Below are positions 30,001 to 44,065 of a stretch of DNA of 64,000 bases, piece after piece; within the stretch, counting starts at the first letter, position 1, and each line of letters opens with the position of its first letter. The notes beneath the pieces are model-generated. The model was given only the letters and a program-made list of their open reading frames with translations, was not told the origin of the DNA and made no database searches. The DNA lies in contig OZ024741.1 in the NCBI GenBank assembly GCA_964016885.1, forward strand, positions 416,229,307 to 416,293,306, given 5' to 3'. Both the position numbers and the translations under genes were made by a program. The stretch is from Eledone cirrhosa (taxonomy: Eukaryota).

Positions 30001-33000
30001 CAACCTGGTCAACACTGACCAGGACTATTACCTACAGTTTTCTTAACCCTTTAGTTTCCAACCTGGTCAACACTGACCAGGACTATTACCTACAGTTGTC
30101 TTAACCCTTTAGTTACCAACCTGGTCAACACTGACCAGCACTATTACGTACAGTTGTCTTAACCCTTTAGTTTCCAACCTGGTAAACACTGACCAGGACT
30201 ATTACCTACAGTTGTCTTAACCCTTTAGTTACCAACCTGGTCAACACTGACCAGGACTATAACCTACAGTTGTTTTAACCCTTTAGTTACCAACCTGGTC
30301 AACACTGACCAGGACTATTACCTACAGTTGTCTTAACCCTTTAGTTTCCTACCTGGTCAACACTGACCAGGACTATTACCTAAAGTTGTTTTAACCGTTT
30401 AGTTACCAACCTGGTCAACACTGACCAGGACTATTACCTACAGTTGTTTTAACCCTTTAGTTACCAACCTGGTCAACACTGACCAGGACTATTACCTACA
30501 GTTGTCTTAACCCTTTAGTTACCAACCTGGTCAACACTAACCAGGACTATTACCTATAGTTGTCTTAACCCTTTAGTTTCCAACCTAGTCAACACTGACC
30601 AGGACTATTACCTACAGTTGTCTTAACCCTTTAGTTACAAACCTGGTCAACACTGACCAGGACTATTACCTACAGTTGTCTTAACCCTTTAGTTACCAAC
30701 CTGGTCAACACTGACCAGCACTATTACCTACAGTTGTCTTAACCCTTTAGTTTCCAACCTGGTCAACACTGACCAGGACTATTACCTACAGTTGTCTTAA
30801 CCCTTTAGTTACCAACCTGGTCAACACTGACCAGCACTATTACCTACAGTTGTCTTAACCCTTTAGTTACCAACCTGGTCAACACTGACCAGGACTATTA
30901 CCTACAGTTGTCTTAACCCTTTAGTTACCAACCTGGTCAACACTAACCAGGACTATTACCTATGGTTGTCTTAACCCTTTAGTTTCCAACCTAGTCAACA
31001 CTGACCAGGAATATTACCTACAGTTGTCTTAACCCTTTAGTTACCAACCTGGTCAACACTGACCAGGACTATTACCTACAGTTGTCTTAACCCTTTAGTT
31101 ACCAACCTGGTCAACACTGACGAGGACTATTACCTACAGTTTTCTTAACCCTTTAGTTACCAACCTGGTCAACACTGACCAGGACTATTACCTACAGTTG
31201 TCTTAACCCTTTAGTTACCAACCTGGTCAACACTGACCAGCACTATTACCTACAGTTGTCTTAACCCTTTAGTTACCAACCTGGTCAACACTGACCAGGA
31301 CTATTACCTACAGTTGTCTTAACCCTTTAGTTACCAACCTGGTCAACACTGACCAGCACTATTACCTACAGTTGTCTTAACCCTTTAGTTACCAACCTGG
31401 TCAACACTGACCAGCACTATTACCTACAGTTGTCTTAACCCTTTAGTTTCCAACCTGGTCAACACTGACCAGGACTATTACCTACAGTTGTCTTAACCCT
31501 TTAGTTACCAACCTGGTCAACACTGACCAGCACTATTACCTACAGTTGTCTTAACCCTTTAGTTACCAACCTGGTCAACACTGACCAGCACTATTACCTA
31601 CAGTTGTCTTAACCCTTTAGTTTCCAACCTGGTCAACACTGACCAGGACTATTACCTACAGTTGTCTTAACCCTTTAGTTACCAACCTGGTCAACACTGA
31701 CCAGCACTATTACCTACAGTTGTCTTAACCCTTTAGTTACCAACCTGGTCAACACTGACCAGCACTATTACCTACAGTTGTCTTAACCCTTTAGTTTCCA
31801 ACCTGGTCAACACTGACCAGGACTATTACCTACAGTTTTCTTAACCCTTTAGTTTCCAACCTGGTCAACACTGACCAGGACTATTACCTACAGTTGTCTT
31901 AACCCTTTAGTTACCAACCTGGTCAACACTGACCAGCACTATTACGTACAGTTGTCTTAACCCTTTAGTTTCCAACCTGGTAAACACTGACCAGGGCTAT
32001 TACCTACAGTTGTCTTAACCCTTTAGTTACCAACCTGGTCAACACTGACCAGGACTATAACCTACAGTTGTTTTAACCCTTTAGTTACCAACCTGGTCAA
32101 CACTGACCAGGACTATTACCTACAGTTGTCTTAACCCTTTAGTTTCCTACCTGGTCAACACTGACCAGGACTATTACCTAAAGTTGTTTTAACCGTTTAG
32201 TTACCAACCTGGTCAACACTGACCAGGACTATTACCTACAGTTGTTTTAACCCTTTAGTTACCAACCTGGTCAACACTGACCAGGACTATTACCTACAGT
32301 TGTCTTAACCCTTTAGTTACCAACCTGGTCAACACTAACCAGGACTATTACCTATAGTTGTCTTAACCCTTTAGTTTCCAACCTAGTCAACACTGACCAG
32401 GACTATTACCTACAGTTGTCTTAACCCTTTAGTTACAAACCTGGTCAACACTGACCAGGACTATTACCTACAGTTGTCTTAACCCTTTAGTTACCAACCT
32501 GGTCAACACTAACCAGGACTATTACCTATAGTTGTCTTAACCCTTTAGTTTCTAACCTGGTCTACACAGACCAAGACTTGCCTACAGTTGTCTTAACCCT
32601 TTAGTTTCCAACCTGGTCAACACTGACCAAGACTTACCTACAGTTGTCTTAACCCTTTAGTTACCAACCTGGTCAACACTGACCAAGACTTACCTACAGT
32701 TGTCTTAACCCTTTAGTTACCAACCTGGTCAACACTGACCAGCACTATTACCTACAGTTGTCTTAACCCTTTAGTTTCCAACCTGGTCAACACTGACCAG
32801 GACTATTACCTACAGTTGTCTTAACTCTTTAGTTACCAACCTGGTCAACACTGACCAGCACTATTACCTACAGTTGTCTTAACCCTTTAGTTACCAACCT
32901 GGTCAACACTGACCAGGACTATTACCTACAGTTGTCTTAACCCTTTAGTTTCCTACCTGGTCAACACTGACCAGGACTATTACCTAAAGTTGTTTTAACC

Positions 33001-36000
33001 GTTTAGTTACCAACCTGGTCAACACTGACCAGGACTATTACCTACAGTTGTTTTAACCCTTTAGTTACCAACCTGGTCAACACTGACCAGGACTATTACC
33101 TACAGTTGTCTTAACCCTTTAGTTACCAACCTGGTCAACACAGACCAGGACTATTACCTACAGTTGTCTTAACCCTTTAGTTACCAACCTGGTCAACACT
33201 GACCAGGACTATTACCTACAGTTGTCTTAACCCTTTAGTTACCAACCTGGTCAACACTAACCAGGACTATTACCTATGGTTGTCTTAACCCTTTAGTTTC
33301 CAACCTAGTCAACACTGACCAGGAATATTACCTACAGTTGTCTTAACCCTTTAGTTACCAACCTGGTCAACACTGACCAGGACTATTACCTACAGTTGTC
33401 TTAACCCTTTAGTTAACAACCTGGTCAACACTGACGAGGACTATTACCTACAGTTTTCTTAACCCTTTAGTTACCAACCTGGTCAACACTGACCAGGACT
33501 ATTACCTACAGTTGTCTTAACCCTTTAGTTACCAACCTGGTCAACACTGACCAGCACTATTACCTACAGTTGTCTTAACCCTTTAGTTACCAACCTGGTC
33601 AACACTGACCAGGACTATTACCTACAGTTGTCTTAACCCTTTAGTTACCAACCTGGTCAACACTGACCAGCACTATTACCTACAGTTGTCTTAACCCTTT
33701 AGTTACCAACCTGGTCAACACTGACCAGCACTATTACCTACAGTTGTCTTAACCCTTTAGTTTCCAACCTGGTCAACACTGACCAGGACTATTACCTACA
33801 GTTGTCTTAACCCTTTAGTTACTAACCTGGTCAACACTGACCAGCACTATTACCTACAGTTGTCTTAACCCTTTAGTTACCAACCTGGTCAACACTGACC
33901 AGGACTATTACCTACAGTTGTCTTAACCCTTTAGTTTCCAACCTGGTCAACACTGACCAGGACTATTACCTACAGTTGTCTTAACCCTTTAGTTACCAAC
34001 CTGGTCAACACTGACCAGCACTATTACCTACAGTTGTCTTAACCCTTTAGTTACCAACCTGGTCAACACTGACCAGCACTATTACCTACAGTTGTCTTAA
34101 CCCTTTAGTTTCCAACCTGGTCAACACTGACCAGGACTATTACCTACAGTTGTCTTAACCCTTTAGTTACCAACCTGGTCAACACTGACCAGCACTATTA
34201 CCTACAGTTGTCTTAACCCTTTAGTTACCAACCTGGTCAACACTGACCAGCACTATTACCTACAGTTGTCTTAACCCTTTAGTTTCCAACCTGGTCAACA
34301 CTGACCAGGACTATTACCTACAGTTGTCTTAACCCTTTAGTTACCAACCTGGTCAACACTGACCAGCACTATTACCTACAGTTGTCTTAACCCTTTAGTT
34401 ACCAACCTGGTCAACACTCACCAGCACTATTACCTACAGTTGTCTTAACCCTTTAGTTTCCAACCTGGTCAACACTGACCAGGACTATTACCTACAGTTT
34501 TCTTAACCCTTTAGTTTCCAACCTGGTCAACACTGACCAGGACTATTACGTACAGTTGTCTTAACCCTTTAGTTACCAACCTGGTCAACACTGCCCAGCA
34601 CTATTACGTACAGTTGTCTTAACCCTTTAGTTTCCAACCTGGTAAACACTGACCAGGACTATTACCTACAGTTGTCTTAACCCTTTAGTTACCAACCTGG
34701 TCAACACTGACCAGGACTATAACCTACAGTTGTTTTAACCCTTTAGTTACCAACCTGGTCAACACTGACCAGGACTATTACCTACAGTTGTCTTAACCCT
34801 TTAGTTTCCTACCTGGTCAACACTGACCAGGACTATTACCTAAAGTTGTTTTAACCGTTTAGTTACCAACCTGGTCAACACTGACCAGGACTATTACCTA
34901 CAGTTGTCTTAACTCTTTAGTTACCAACCTGGTCAACACTGACCAGCACTATTACCTACAGTTGTCTTAACCCTTTAGTTACCAACCTGGTCAACACTGA
35001 CCAGGACTATTACCTACAGTTGTCTTAACCCTTTAGTTTCCTACCTGGTCAACACTGACCAGGACTATTACCTAAAGTTGTTTTAACCGTTTAGTTACCA
35101 ACCTGGTCAACACTGACCAGGACTATTACCTACAGTTGTTTTAACCCTTTAGTTACCAACCTGGTCAACACTGACCAGGACTATTACCTACAGTTGTCTT
35201 AACCCTTTAGTTACCAACCTGGTCAACACAGACCAGGACTATTACCTACAGTTGTCTTAACCCTTTAGTTACCAACCTGGTCAACACTGACCAGGACTAT
35301 TACCTACAGTTGTCTTAACCCTTTAGTTACCAACCTGGTCAACACTAACCAGGACTATTACCTATGGTTGTCTTAACCCTTTAGTTTCCAACCTAGTCAA
35401 CACTGACCAGGACTATTACCTACAGTTGTCTTAACCCTTTAGTTAACAACCTGGTCAACACTGACGAGGACTATTACCTACAGTTTTCTTAACCCTTTAG
35501 TTACCAACCTGGTCAACACTGACCAGGACTATTACCTACAGTTGTCTTAACCCTTTAGTTACCAACCTGGTCAACACTGACCAGCACTATTACCTACAGT
35601 TGTCTTAACCCTTTAGTTACCAACCTGGTCAACACTGACCAGGACTATTACCTACAGTTGTCTTAACCCTTTAGTTACCAACCTGGTCAACACTGACCAG
35701 CACTATTACCTACAGTTATCTTAACCCTTTAGTTACCAACCTGGTCAACACTGACCAGCACTATTACCTACAGTTGTCTTAACCCTTTAGTTTCCAACCT
35801 GGTCAACACTGACCAGGACTATTACCTACAGTTGTCTTAACCCTTTAGTTACTAACCTGGTCAACACTGACCAGCACTATTACCTACAGTTGTCTTAACC
35901 CTTTAGTTACCAACCTGGTCAACACTGACCAGGACTATTACCTACAGTTGTCTTAACCCTTTAGTTTCCAACCTGGTCAACACTGACCAGGACTATTACC

Positions 36001-39000
36001 TACAGTTGTCTTAACCCTTTAGTTACCAACCTGGTCAACACTGACCAGCACTATTACCTACAGTTGTCTTAACCCTTTAGTTACCAACCTGGTCAACACT
36101 GACCAGCACTATTACCTACAGTTGTCTTAACCCTTTAGTTTCCAACCTGGTCAACACTGACCAGGACTATTACCTACAGTTGTCTTAACCCTTTAGTTAC
36201 CAACCTGGTCAACACTGACCAGCACTATTACCTACAGTTGTCTTAACCCTTTAGTTACCAACCTGGTCAACACTGACCAGCACTATTACCTACAGTTGTC
36301 TTAACCCTTTAGTTTCCAACCTGGTCAACACTGACCAGGACTATTACCTACAGTTGTCTTAACCCTTTAGTTACCAACCTGGTCAACACTGACCAGCACT
36401 ATTACCTACAGTTGTCTTAACCCTTTAGTTACCAACCTGGTCAACACTGACCAGCACTATTACCTACAGTTGTCTTAACCCTTTAGTTTCCAACCTGGTC
36501 AACACTGACCAGGACTATTACCTACAGTTTTCTTAACCCTTTAGTTTCCAACCTGGTCAACACTGACCAGGACTATTACCTACAGTTGTCTTAACCCTTT
36601 AGTTACCAACCTGGTCAACACTGCCCAGCACTATTACGTACAGTTGTCTTAACCCTTTAGTTTCCAACCTGGTAAACACTGACCAGGACTATTACCTACA
36701 GTTGTCTTAACCCTTTAGTTACCAACCTGGTCAACACTGACCAGGACTATAACCTACAGTTGTTTTAACCCTTTAGTTACCAACCTGGTCAACACTGACC
36801 AGGACTATTACCTACAGTTGTCTTAACCCTTTAGTTTCCTACCTGGTCAACACTGACCAGGACTATTACCTAAAGTTGTTTTAACCGTTTAGTTACCAAC
36901 CTGGTCAACACTGACCAGGACTATTACCTACAGTTGTTTTAACCCTTTAGTTACCAACCTGGTCAACACTGACCAGGACTATTACCTACAGTTGTCTTAA
37001 CCCTTTAGTTACCAACCTGGTCAACACTAACCAGGACTATTACCTATAGTTGTCTTAACCCTTTAGTTTCCAACCTAGTCAACACTGACCAGGACTATTA
37101 CCTACAGTTGTCTTAACCCTTTAGTTACCAACCTGGTCAACACTGACCAGGACTATTACCTACAGTTGTCTTAACCCTTTAGTTACCAACCTGGTCAACA
37201 CTGACCAGCACTATTACCTACAGTTGTCTTAACCCTTTAGTTACCAACCTGGTCAACACTGACCAGCACTATTACCTACAGTTGTCTTAACCCTTTAGTT
37301 TCCAACCTGGTCAACACTGACCAGGACTATTACCTACAGTTGTCTTAACCCTTTAGTTACCAACCTGGTCAACACTGACCAGCACTATTACCTACAGTTG
37401 TCTTAACCCTTTAGTTACTAACCTGGTCAACACTGACCAGGACTATTACCTACAGTTGTCGTTACCCTTTAGTTACCAACCTGGTCAACACTAACCAGGA
37501 CTATTACCTATAGTTGTCTTAACCCTTTAGTTTCTAACCTGGTCTACACAGACCAAGACTTGCCTACAGTTGTCTTAACCCTTTAGTTTCCAACCTGGTC
37601 AACACTGACCAAGACTTACCTACAGTTGTCTTAACCCTTTAGTTACCAACCTGGTCAACACTGACCAAGACTTACCTACAGTTGTCTTAACCCTTTAGTT
37701 ACCAACCTGGTCAACACTGACCAGCACTATTACCTACAGTTGTCTTAACCCTTTAGTTTCCAACCTGGTCAACACTGACCAGGACTATTACCTACAGTTG
37801 TCTTAACCCTTTAGTTACCAACCTGGTCAACACTGACCAGCACTATTACCTACAGTTGTCTTAACCCTTTAGTTACCAACCTGGTCAACACTGACCAGCA
37901 CTATTACCTACAGTTGTCTTAACCCTTTAATTTCCAACCTGGTCAACACTTACCAGGACTATTACCTACAGTTGTCTTAACCCTTTAGTTTCCAACCTGG
38001 TCAACACTGACCAGGACTATTACCTAGAGTTGTCTTAACCCTTTAGTTACCAACCTGGTCAACACTGACCAGCACTATTACCTACAGTTGTCTTAACCAT
38101 TTAGTTACCAACCTGGTCAACACTGACCAGCACTATTACCTACAGTTGTCTTAACCCTTTAGTTTCCAACCTGGTCAACACTGACCAGGACTATTACCTA
38201 CAGTTTTCTTAACTCTTTAGTTTCCAACCTGGTCAACACTGACCAGGACTATTACCTACAGTTGTCTTAACCCTTTAGTTACCAACCTGGTCAACACTGA
38301 CCAGCACTATAACCTACAGTTGTTTTAACCCTTTAGTTACCAACCTGGTCAACACTGACCAGGACTATTACCTACAGTTGTCTTAACCCTTTAGTTTCCT
38401 ACCTGGTCAACACTGACCAGGACTATTACCTAAAGTTGTTTTAACCGTTTAGTTACCAACCTGGTCAACACTGACCAGGACTATTACCTACAGTTGTTTT
38501 AACCCTTTAGTTACCAACCTGGTCAACACTGACCAGGACTATTACCTACAGTTGTCTTAACCCTTTAGTTACCAACCTGGTCAACACAGACCAGGACTAT
38601 TACCTACAGTTGTCTTAACCCTTTAGTTACCAACCTGGTCAACACTGACCAGGACTATTACCTACAGTTGTCTTAACCCTTTAGTTACCAACCTGGTCAA
38701 AACTAACCAGGACTATTACCTATAGTTGTCTTAACCCTTTAGTTTCCAACCTAGTCAACACTGATCAGGACTATTACCTACAGTTGTCTTAACCCTTTAG
38801 TTACCAACCTGGTCAACACTGACCAGGACTATTACCTACAGTTGTCTTAACCCTTTAGTTACCAACCTGGTCAACACTGACCAGGACTATTACCTACAGT
38901 TTTCTTAACCCTTTAGTTACCAACCTGGTCAACACTGACCAGGACTATTACCTACAGTTGTCTTAACCCTTTAGTTACCAACCTGGTCAACACTGACCAG

Positions 39001-41959
39001 CACTATTACCTACAGTTGTCTTAACCCTTTAGTTACCAACCTGGTCAACACTGACCAGCACTATTACCTACAGTTGTCTTAACCCTTTAGTTTCCAACCT
39101 GGTCAACACTGACCAGGACTATTACCTACAGTTGTCTTAACCCTTTAGTTACCAACCTGGTCAACACTGACCAGCACTATTACCTACAGTTGTCTTAACC
39201 CTTTAGTTACCAACCTGGTCAACACTGACCAGCACTATTACCTACAGTTGTCTTAACCCTTTAGTTTCCAACCTGGTCAACACTGACCAGGACTATTACC
39301 TACAGTTGTCTTAACCCTTTAGTTACTAACCTGGTCAACACTGACCAGCACTATTACCTACAGTTGTCTTAACCCTTTAGTTACCAACCTGGTCAACACT
39401 GACCAGCCCTATTACCTACAGTTGTCTTAACCCTTTAGTTTCCAACCTTGTCAACACTGACCAGGACTATTACCTACAGTTGTCTTAACCCTTTAGTTAC
39501 CAACCTGGTCAACACTGACCAGCACTATTACCTACAGTTGTCTTAACCCTTTAGTTACCAACCTGGTCAACACTGACCAGCACTATTACCTACAGTTGTC
39601 TTAACCCTTTAGTTACCAACCTGGTCAACACTGACCAGCACTATTACCTACAGTTGTCTTAACCCTTTAGTTACCAACCTGGTCAACACTGACCAGCACT
39701 ATTACCTACAGTTGTCTTAACCCTTTAGTTTCCAACCTGGTCAACACTTACCAGGACTATTACCTACAGTTGTCTTAACCCTTTAGTTTCCAACCTGGTC
39801 AACACTGACCAGGACTATTACCTACAGTTGTCTTAACCCTTTAGTTACCAACCTGGTCAACACTGACCAGGACTATTACCTACAGTTGTCTTAACCCTTT
39901 AGTTACCAACCTGGTCAACACTGACCAGGACTATTACCTACAGTTGTCGTTACCCTTTAGTTACCAACCTGGTCAACACTAACCAGGACTATTACCTATA
40001 GTTGTCTTAACCCTTTAGTTTCTAACCTGGTCTACACAGACCAAGACTTGCCTACAGTTGTCTTAACCCTTTAGTTTCCAACCTGGTCAACACTGACCAA
40101 GACTTACCTACAGTTGTCTTAACCCTTTAGTTACCAACCTGGTCAACACTGACCAGCACTATTACCTACAGTTGTCTTAACCCTTTAGTTTCCAAACTGG
40201 TCAACACTGACCAAGTCTTACCTACAGTTGTCTTAACCCTTTAGTTTCCAACCTGGTCAACACTGACCAAGACTATTACCTACAGTTGTCTTAACCCTTT
40301 AGTTACCAACCTGGTCAACACTGACCAGCACTATTACCTACAGTTGTCTTAACCCTTTAGTTACCAACCTGGTCAACACTGACCAGCACTATTACCTACA
40401 GTTGTCTTAACCCTTTAGTTTCCAACCTGGTCAACACTGACCAGGACTATTACCTACAGTTGTCTTAACCCTTTAGTTACCAACCTGGTCAACACTGACC
40501 AGCACTATTACCTACAGTTGTCTTAACCCTTTAGTTACCAACCTGGTCAACACTGACCAGCACTATTACCTACAGTTGTCTTAACCCTTTAGTTACCAAC
40601 CTGGTCAACACTGACCAGCACTATTACCTACAGTTGTCTTAACCCTTTAGTTACCAACCTGGTCAACACTGACCAGCACTATTACCTACAGTTGTCTTAA
40701 CCCTTTACTTTTCAACCTGGTAAACACTGACCAGGACTATTACCTACAGTTGTCTTAACCCTTTAGTTACCAACCTGGTCAAAACTGACCAGGACTATTA
40801 CCTACAGTTGTCTTAACCCTTTAGTTACCAACCTGGTCAACACTGACCAGCACTATTACCTACAGTTGTCTTAACCCTTTAGTTACCAACCTGGTCAACA
40901 CTGACCTGGACTATTACCTACAGTTGTCTTAACCCTTTAGTTTCCAACCTGGTCAACACTGACCAGGACTATTACCTACAGTTGTCTTAACCCTTTAGTT
41001 TCCAACCTGGTCAACACTGACCAAGACTTACCTACAGTTGTCTTAACCCTTTAGTTTCCAACCTGGTCAACACTGACCAAGACTTACCTACAGTTGTCTT
41101 AACCCTTTAGTTTCCAACCTGGTCAACACAGACCAGGACTATTACCTACAGTTGTCTTAACCCTTTAGTTTCCAACCCGGTCAACACTGACCAAGACTAT
41201 TACCTACAGTTGTCTTAACCCTTTAGTTTCCAACCTGGTCAACACTGACTGGACTATTACCTACAGCTGTGTTAACCCTTTAGTTACCAACCTGGTAAAC
41301 ACTGACCAGCACTATTACCTACAGTTGTCTTAACCCTTTAGTTACCAACCTGGTCAACACTGACCAGCACTATTACCTACAGTTGTCTTAACCCTTTAGT
41401 TTCCAACCTGGTCAACACTGACCAGGACTATTACCTACAGTTGTCTTAACCCTTTAGTTTCCAACCTGGTCAACACTGACCAAGTCTTACCTACAGTTGT
41501 CTTAACCCTTTAGTTTCCAACCTGGTCAACACTGACCAAGACTATTACCTACAGTTGTCTTAACCCTTTAGTTTCCAACCTGGTCAACACTGACCAAGAC
41601 TATTACCTACAGTTGTCTTAACTCTTTAGTTTCCAACCTGGTCAACACTGACCAGGACTATTACCTCCAGTTGTCTTAACCCTTTATTTACCAACCTGGT
41701 CAACACTGACCAGGACTATTACCTCCAGTTGTCTTAACCCTTTATTTACCAACCTGGTCAACACTGACCAGGACTATTACCTCCAGTTGTCTTAACCCTT
41801 TATTTACCAACCTGGTCAACACTGACCATGACTATTACCTACAGTTTTCTTAACCCTTTAGTTACCAACCTGGTCAACACTGACCAGGACTATTACCTAC
41901 AGTTGTCTTAACCCTTTAGTTACCAACCTGGTCAACACTGACCAGGACCTACAGTTGTC
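1..41959. repeat. Tandem satellite DNA, 58-bp monomer, ~720 copies, with higher-order structure; extends beyond the left edge of the window
   Basis: Consensus TTAACCCTTTAGTTACCAACCTGGTCAACACTGACCAGGACTATTACCTACAGTTGTC repeats head-to-tail with period 58. Variants are 56 bp (GACTTACC) and 59 bp (TTAAACCC). There are no interruptions and no ORF of 60 aa or more in the track. Confidence 0.99.
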
Positions 41960-42187
41960 TTAACCCTTTAATTACCAACCTGGCCAAAACCAGCTCTGGT
42001 TCTAGGAAATAAAGTCACACATTTTAAAGGTTTCCAATTTAAATTAAAATCTGCCAACACAAAAGAGTCTTACATTAAGTTACTATCTCAGTCATGAAAC
42101 AATTAATAATTTTAGTAAATCGCTCAAAATTCTTCATTAATTAAAATAGGGTGTATTTAATTAGAAATGTGGCTATGAAAGGTTTAA
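41960..42187 (+). mobile_element. piggyBac-type MITE (non-autonomous) forming the terminal unit of the satellite
   Basis: Starts TTAA-CCCTTTAATTACCAACCTGG (41960) and ends TGGCTATGAAAGGT-TTAA (42187). This gives TTAA at both ends and imperfect CCCTTT/AAAGG(G>T) terminal inverted repeats around an AT-rich interior. A TTAA target site with CCC termini is the established piggyBac signature. Confidence 0.72.
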
Positions 42188-42586
42188 TAAATGGTTTTTA
42201 CATACAGGTGAGTGAAAAAGTTCATAGGCTGACTATGAAGGAGTAATGCTGGAGTAATCCTGCATGCATTAATTTCAACTCTTCTTATTAATAACTTCAT
42301 TGTTTTGTTTCTGGCACTATGTTGAAAAATAAACTTCATTTGGTCATTCCATGAAAGTGTCTTGGTCAACCTATGAATTTTTCTGCCAAAATTAGAAACA
42401 TTATGATGGAAGGTGTTTAGATAAATATAAATATTTTAACTCATTCATTAACATTTTTATAGTGAAAAACTGCACATGATTTCCAAATAGTAAAGAATTT
42501 TTTTTATAGGGCATTAAATTTTATTAAATTTAATAACGTTACAAATGGGAGTGAAAATATGAAAATATATGATATATACAAAGCAT

Positions 42587-42933
42587 CATCATCATCATCA
42601 TCATCATTTCATTTTACGTCCGCTTTTTCCCTGCTTGCAAGGGTGGGACGGGAACTGATTCTGGCTTGATTGCTACAGCTGGATGCCCTTCCTAACACCA
42701 ACCTCATTTACAGTGAGTGCTGGGTGCTTTTTTGCCGTGGCACCTCCACGACAACTTTGCAGTGGAATGATATGGACGCCAGTCCTATCATCTCATTTCT
42801 ACAGCTGAGTAAACTGAAGCAATGTGAAATAAAGTGTCTTGCTCAAGGAAACAGCACATCACCCGGTCTGAGAATTGAACTCACAACCTTTCGATTGCAA
42901 GGCCAATGCTCTAACCACTAAGCCATGTGCCTC
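42587..42933 (-). mobile_element. tRNA-derived CORE-type SINE with RTE-derived 3' tail, full length
   Basis: The minus strand reads A box TGGCTTAGTGG, B box GAGTTCAATTC, CORE-like TCCTTGAGCAAGACACTTTA, then tail CCCGTCCCACCCTTGCAAGCAGGGAAAAAGCGGACGTAAAATG and (ATG)n. An 8-bp target-site duplication CAAAGCAT lies at 42579-42586 and 42934-42941. Confidence 0.92.
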
Positions 42934-43208
42934 CAAAGCATATAAATAAATTTACAGTAGAATAACATAACAAATATGTTTTAAATATATACATAAATAA
43001 CATTATAAATTGCTCGTGATTCATTCAGAAGGATATATTCTTTCAATGTTGCAATATTAAAGAAAATGTAAAGGAAGGGGTGAACAACGGAGCCAACACC
43101 AGAGCAAAAGACAGCAGTGTCGCGAGGAGTACCGGGCAACCTCTCTAATGATTTAGGAAGGATTTAGTAATATATCTTTCTTTTTATTTAGCTAGTGTTT
43201 GGGTATCG

Positions 43209-43464
43209 GCTGCCCTCTGATAGGTTTGGTAGAGCCTGTAGCAGTGGAGACATCCAGCATCCTTGTCCCTTGGACCACATCCCTACACACTCAGCTGCTC
43301 TCTGATAGGTTTGTGTAGAGTCTGTAGCAGTGGAGACATCCAGCATCCTTGGCCCTTAGACCACATCCCTACACACTCAGCTGCCCTCTGATAGGTTTGT
43401 GGTAGAGCCTGTAGCAGTGGAGACTTCCTGTGTTCCTGGCCCCCAGACCACATCCCTACTCACT
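43209..43464. repeat. Local tandem repeat, 3 copies of ~85 bp
   Basis: GCTGCYCTCTGATAGGTTTG...GTAGCAGTGGAGAC...GACCACATCCCTAC starts at 43209, 43294 and 43380. Confidence 0.9.
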
Positions 43465-43589
43465 TCTATCAGAATGGAGTTGGCTACCCACAAGTACGAG
43501 CCACATAAAATGGAGTGGCTGTTCAAGTGTGTGTCTCCCTCGCTGCCTCCTGAGCAATGTCTTCTCCAACCTGTCCACCAAGACCACCA

Positions 43590-43945
43590 GTTGGACTGTC
43601 CTTTAAATTTCAATATAGTTATTAAATTCTGGGACAAACATCGACAGCTTCAACTTATCAAAGGTTCTTATATAAAATTATGATGGAAGGATCTTTGATA
43701 TATATAAATATTTCAAAATAAACAGTTTTGCATTGTAGAACCACGGGTGGTTTCAGGTGGTTTGGTATCTGGAACATAGTTTAACAAAGGTTGGTATTGA
43801 AGTATTTGGGAGAATTTAGTAAAAATACCTGAGCTTATCATGAAGTTGGTGTTTGAAGTATAGCTTAACAAATTGTGTTTACATAAAATTATGATGGAAG
43901 ATTTTTACATAAATATAAACACTTTAACATAAATAGTATAATCTC
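43590..43945 (-). mobile_element. Decayed fragments of the same piggyBac-type MITE family, reverse orientation
   Basis: AAAATTATGATGGAAG(G/A) recurs at ~43675 and ~43885, with a similar copy at ~42400. 43735-43770 reverse-complements to GATACCAAACCACCTGAAACCACCCGTGGTTCTA, which resembles the MITE left end at 41970-42004. Confidence 0.5.
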
Positions 43946-43956
43946 ATAGAAGAATA

Positions 43957-44053
43957 GGCAAAGTTGACCATAGCAGGTTTTGAACTCATAGAGTGTTGGA
44001 ATGAATAGCACAAAGTATTCTATCTGACGTTCTAATAACTTTACCAATTTGCC
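43957..44053 (-). mobile_element. Decayed SINE head fragment (second SINE family, Meta-like domain)
   Basis: The minus strand reads GGCAAATTGGTAAAG...GAGTTCAAAACC...GGTCAACTTTGCC and is homologous to 44297-44452 and 51701-51806. Confidence 0.55.
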
Positions 44054-44065
44054 ATAGGTATACCA

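Noticed and set aside
1-41959. CRISPR array (palindromic short repeats)
   Set aside because: There are no unique spacers, the whole 58 bp is repeated, no cas genes are present, and the context is eukaryotic.
1-41959. Telomeric repeat (TAACCC in each monomer)
   Set aside because: There is only one hexamer per 58 bp, and it is better explained as TTAA plus the CCC transposon terminus.
1-41959. Satellite-encoded hammerhead ribozyme or repeat protein
   Set aside because: The consensus has no CTGAnGA...GAAA pair on either strand; stops are frequent and no ORF of 60 aa or more is listed.
43377-43683. ORFs 43377-43637 (-) and 43399-43683 (+) as genes
   Set aside because: They are short, overlap the 85-bp tandem repeat and MITE debris, and show no recognisable motifs or splice structure.
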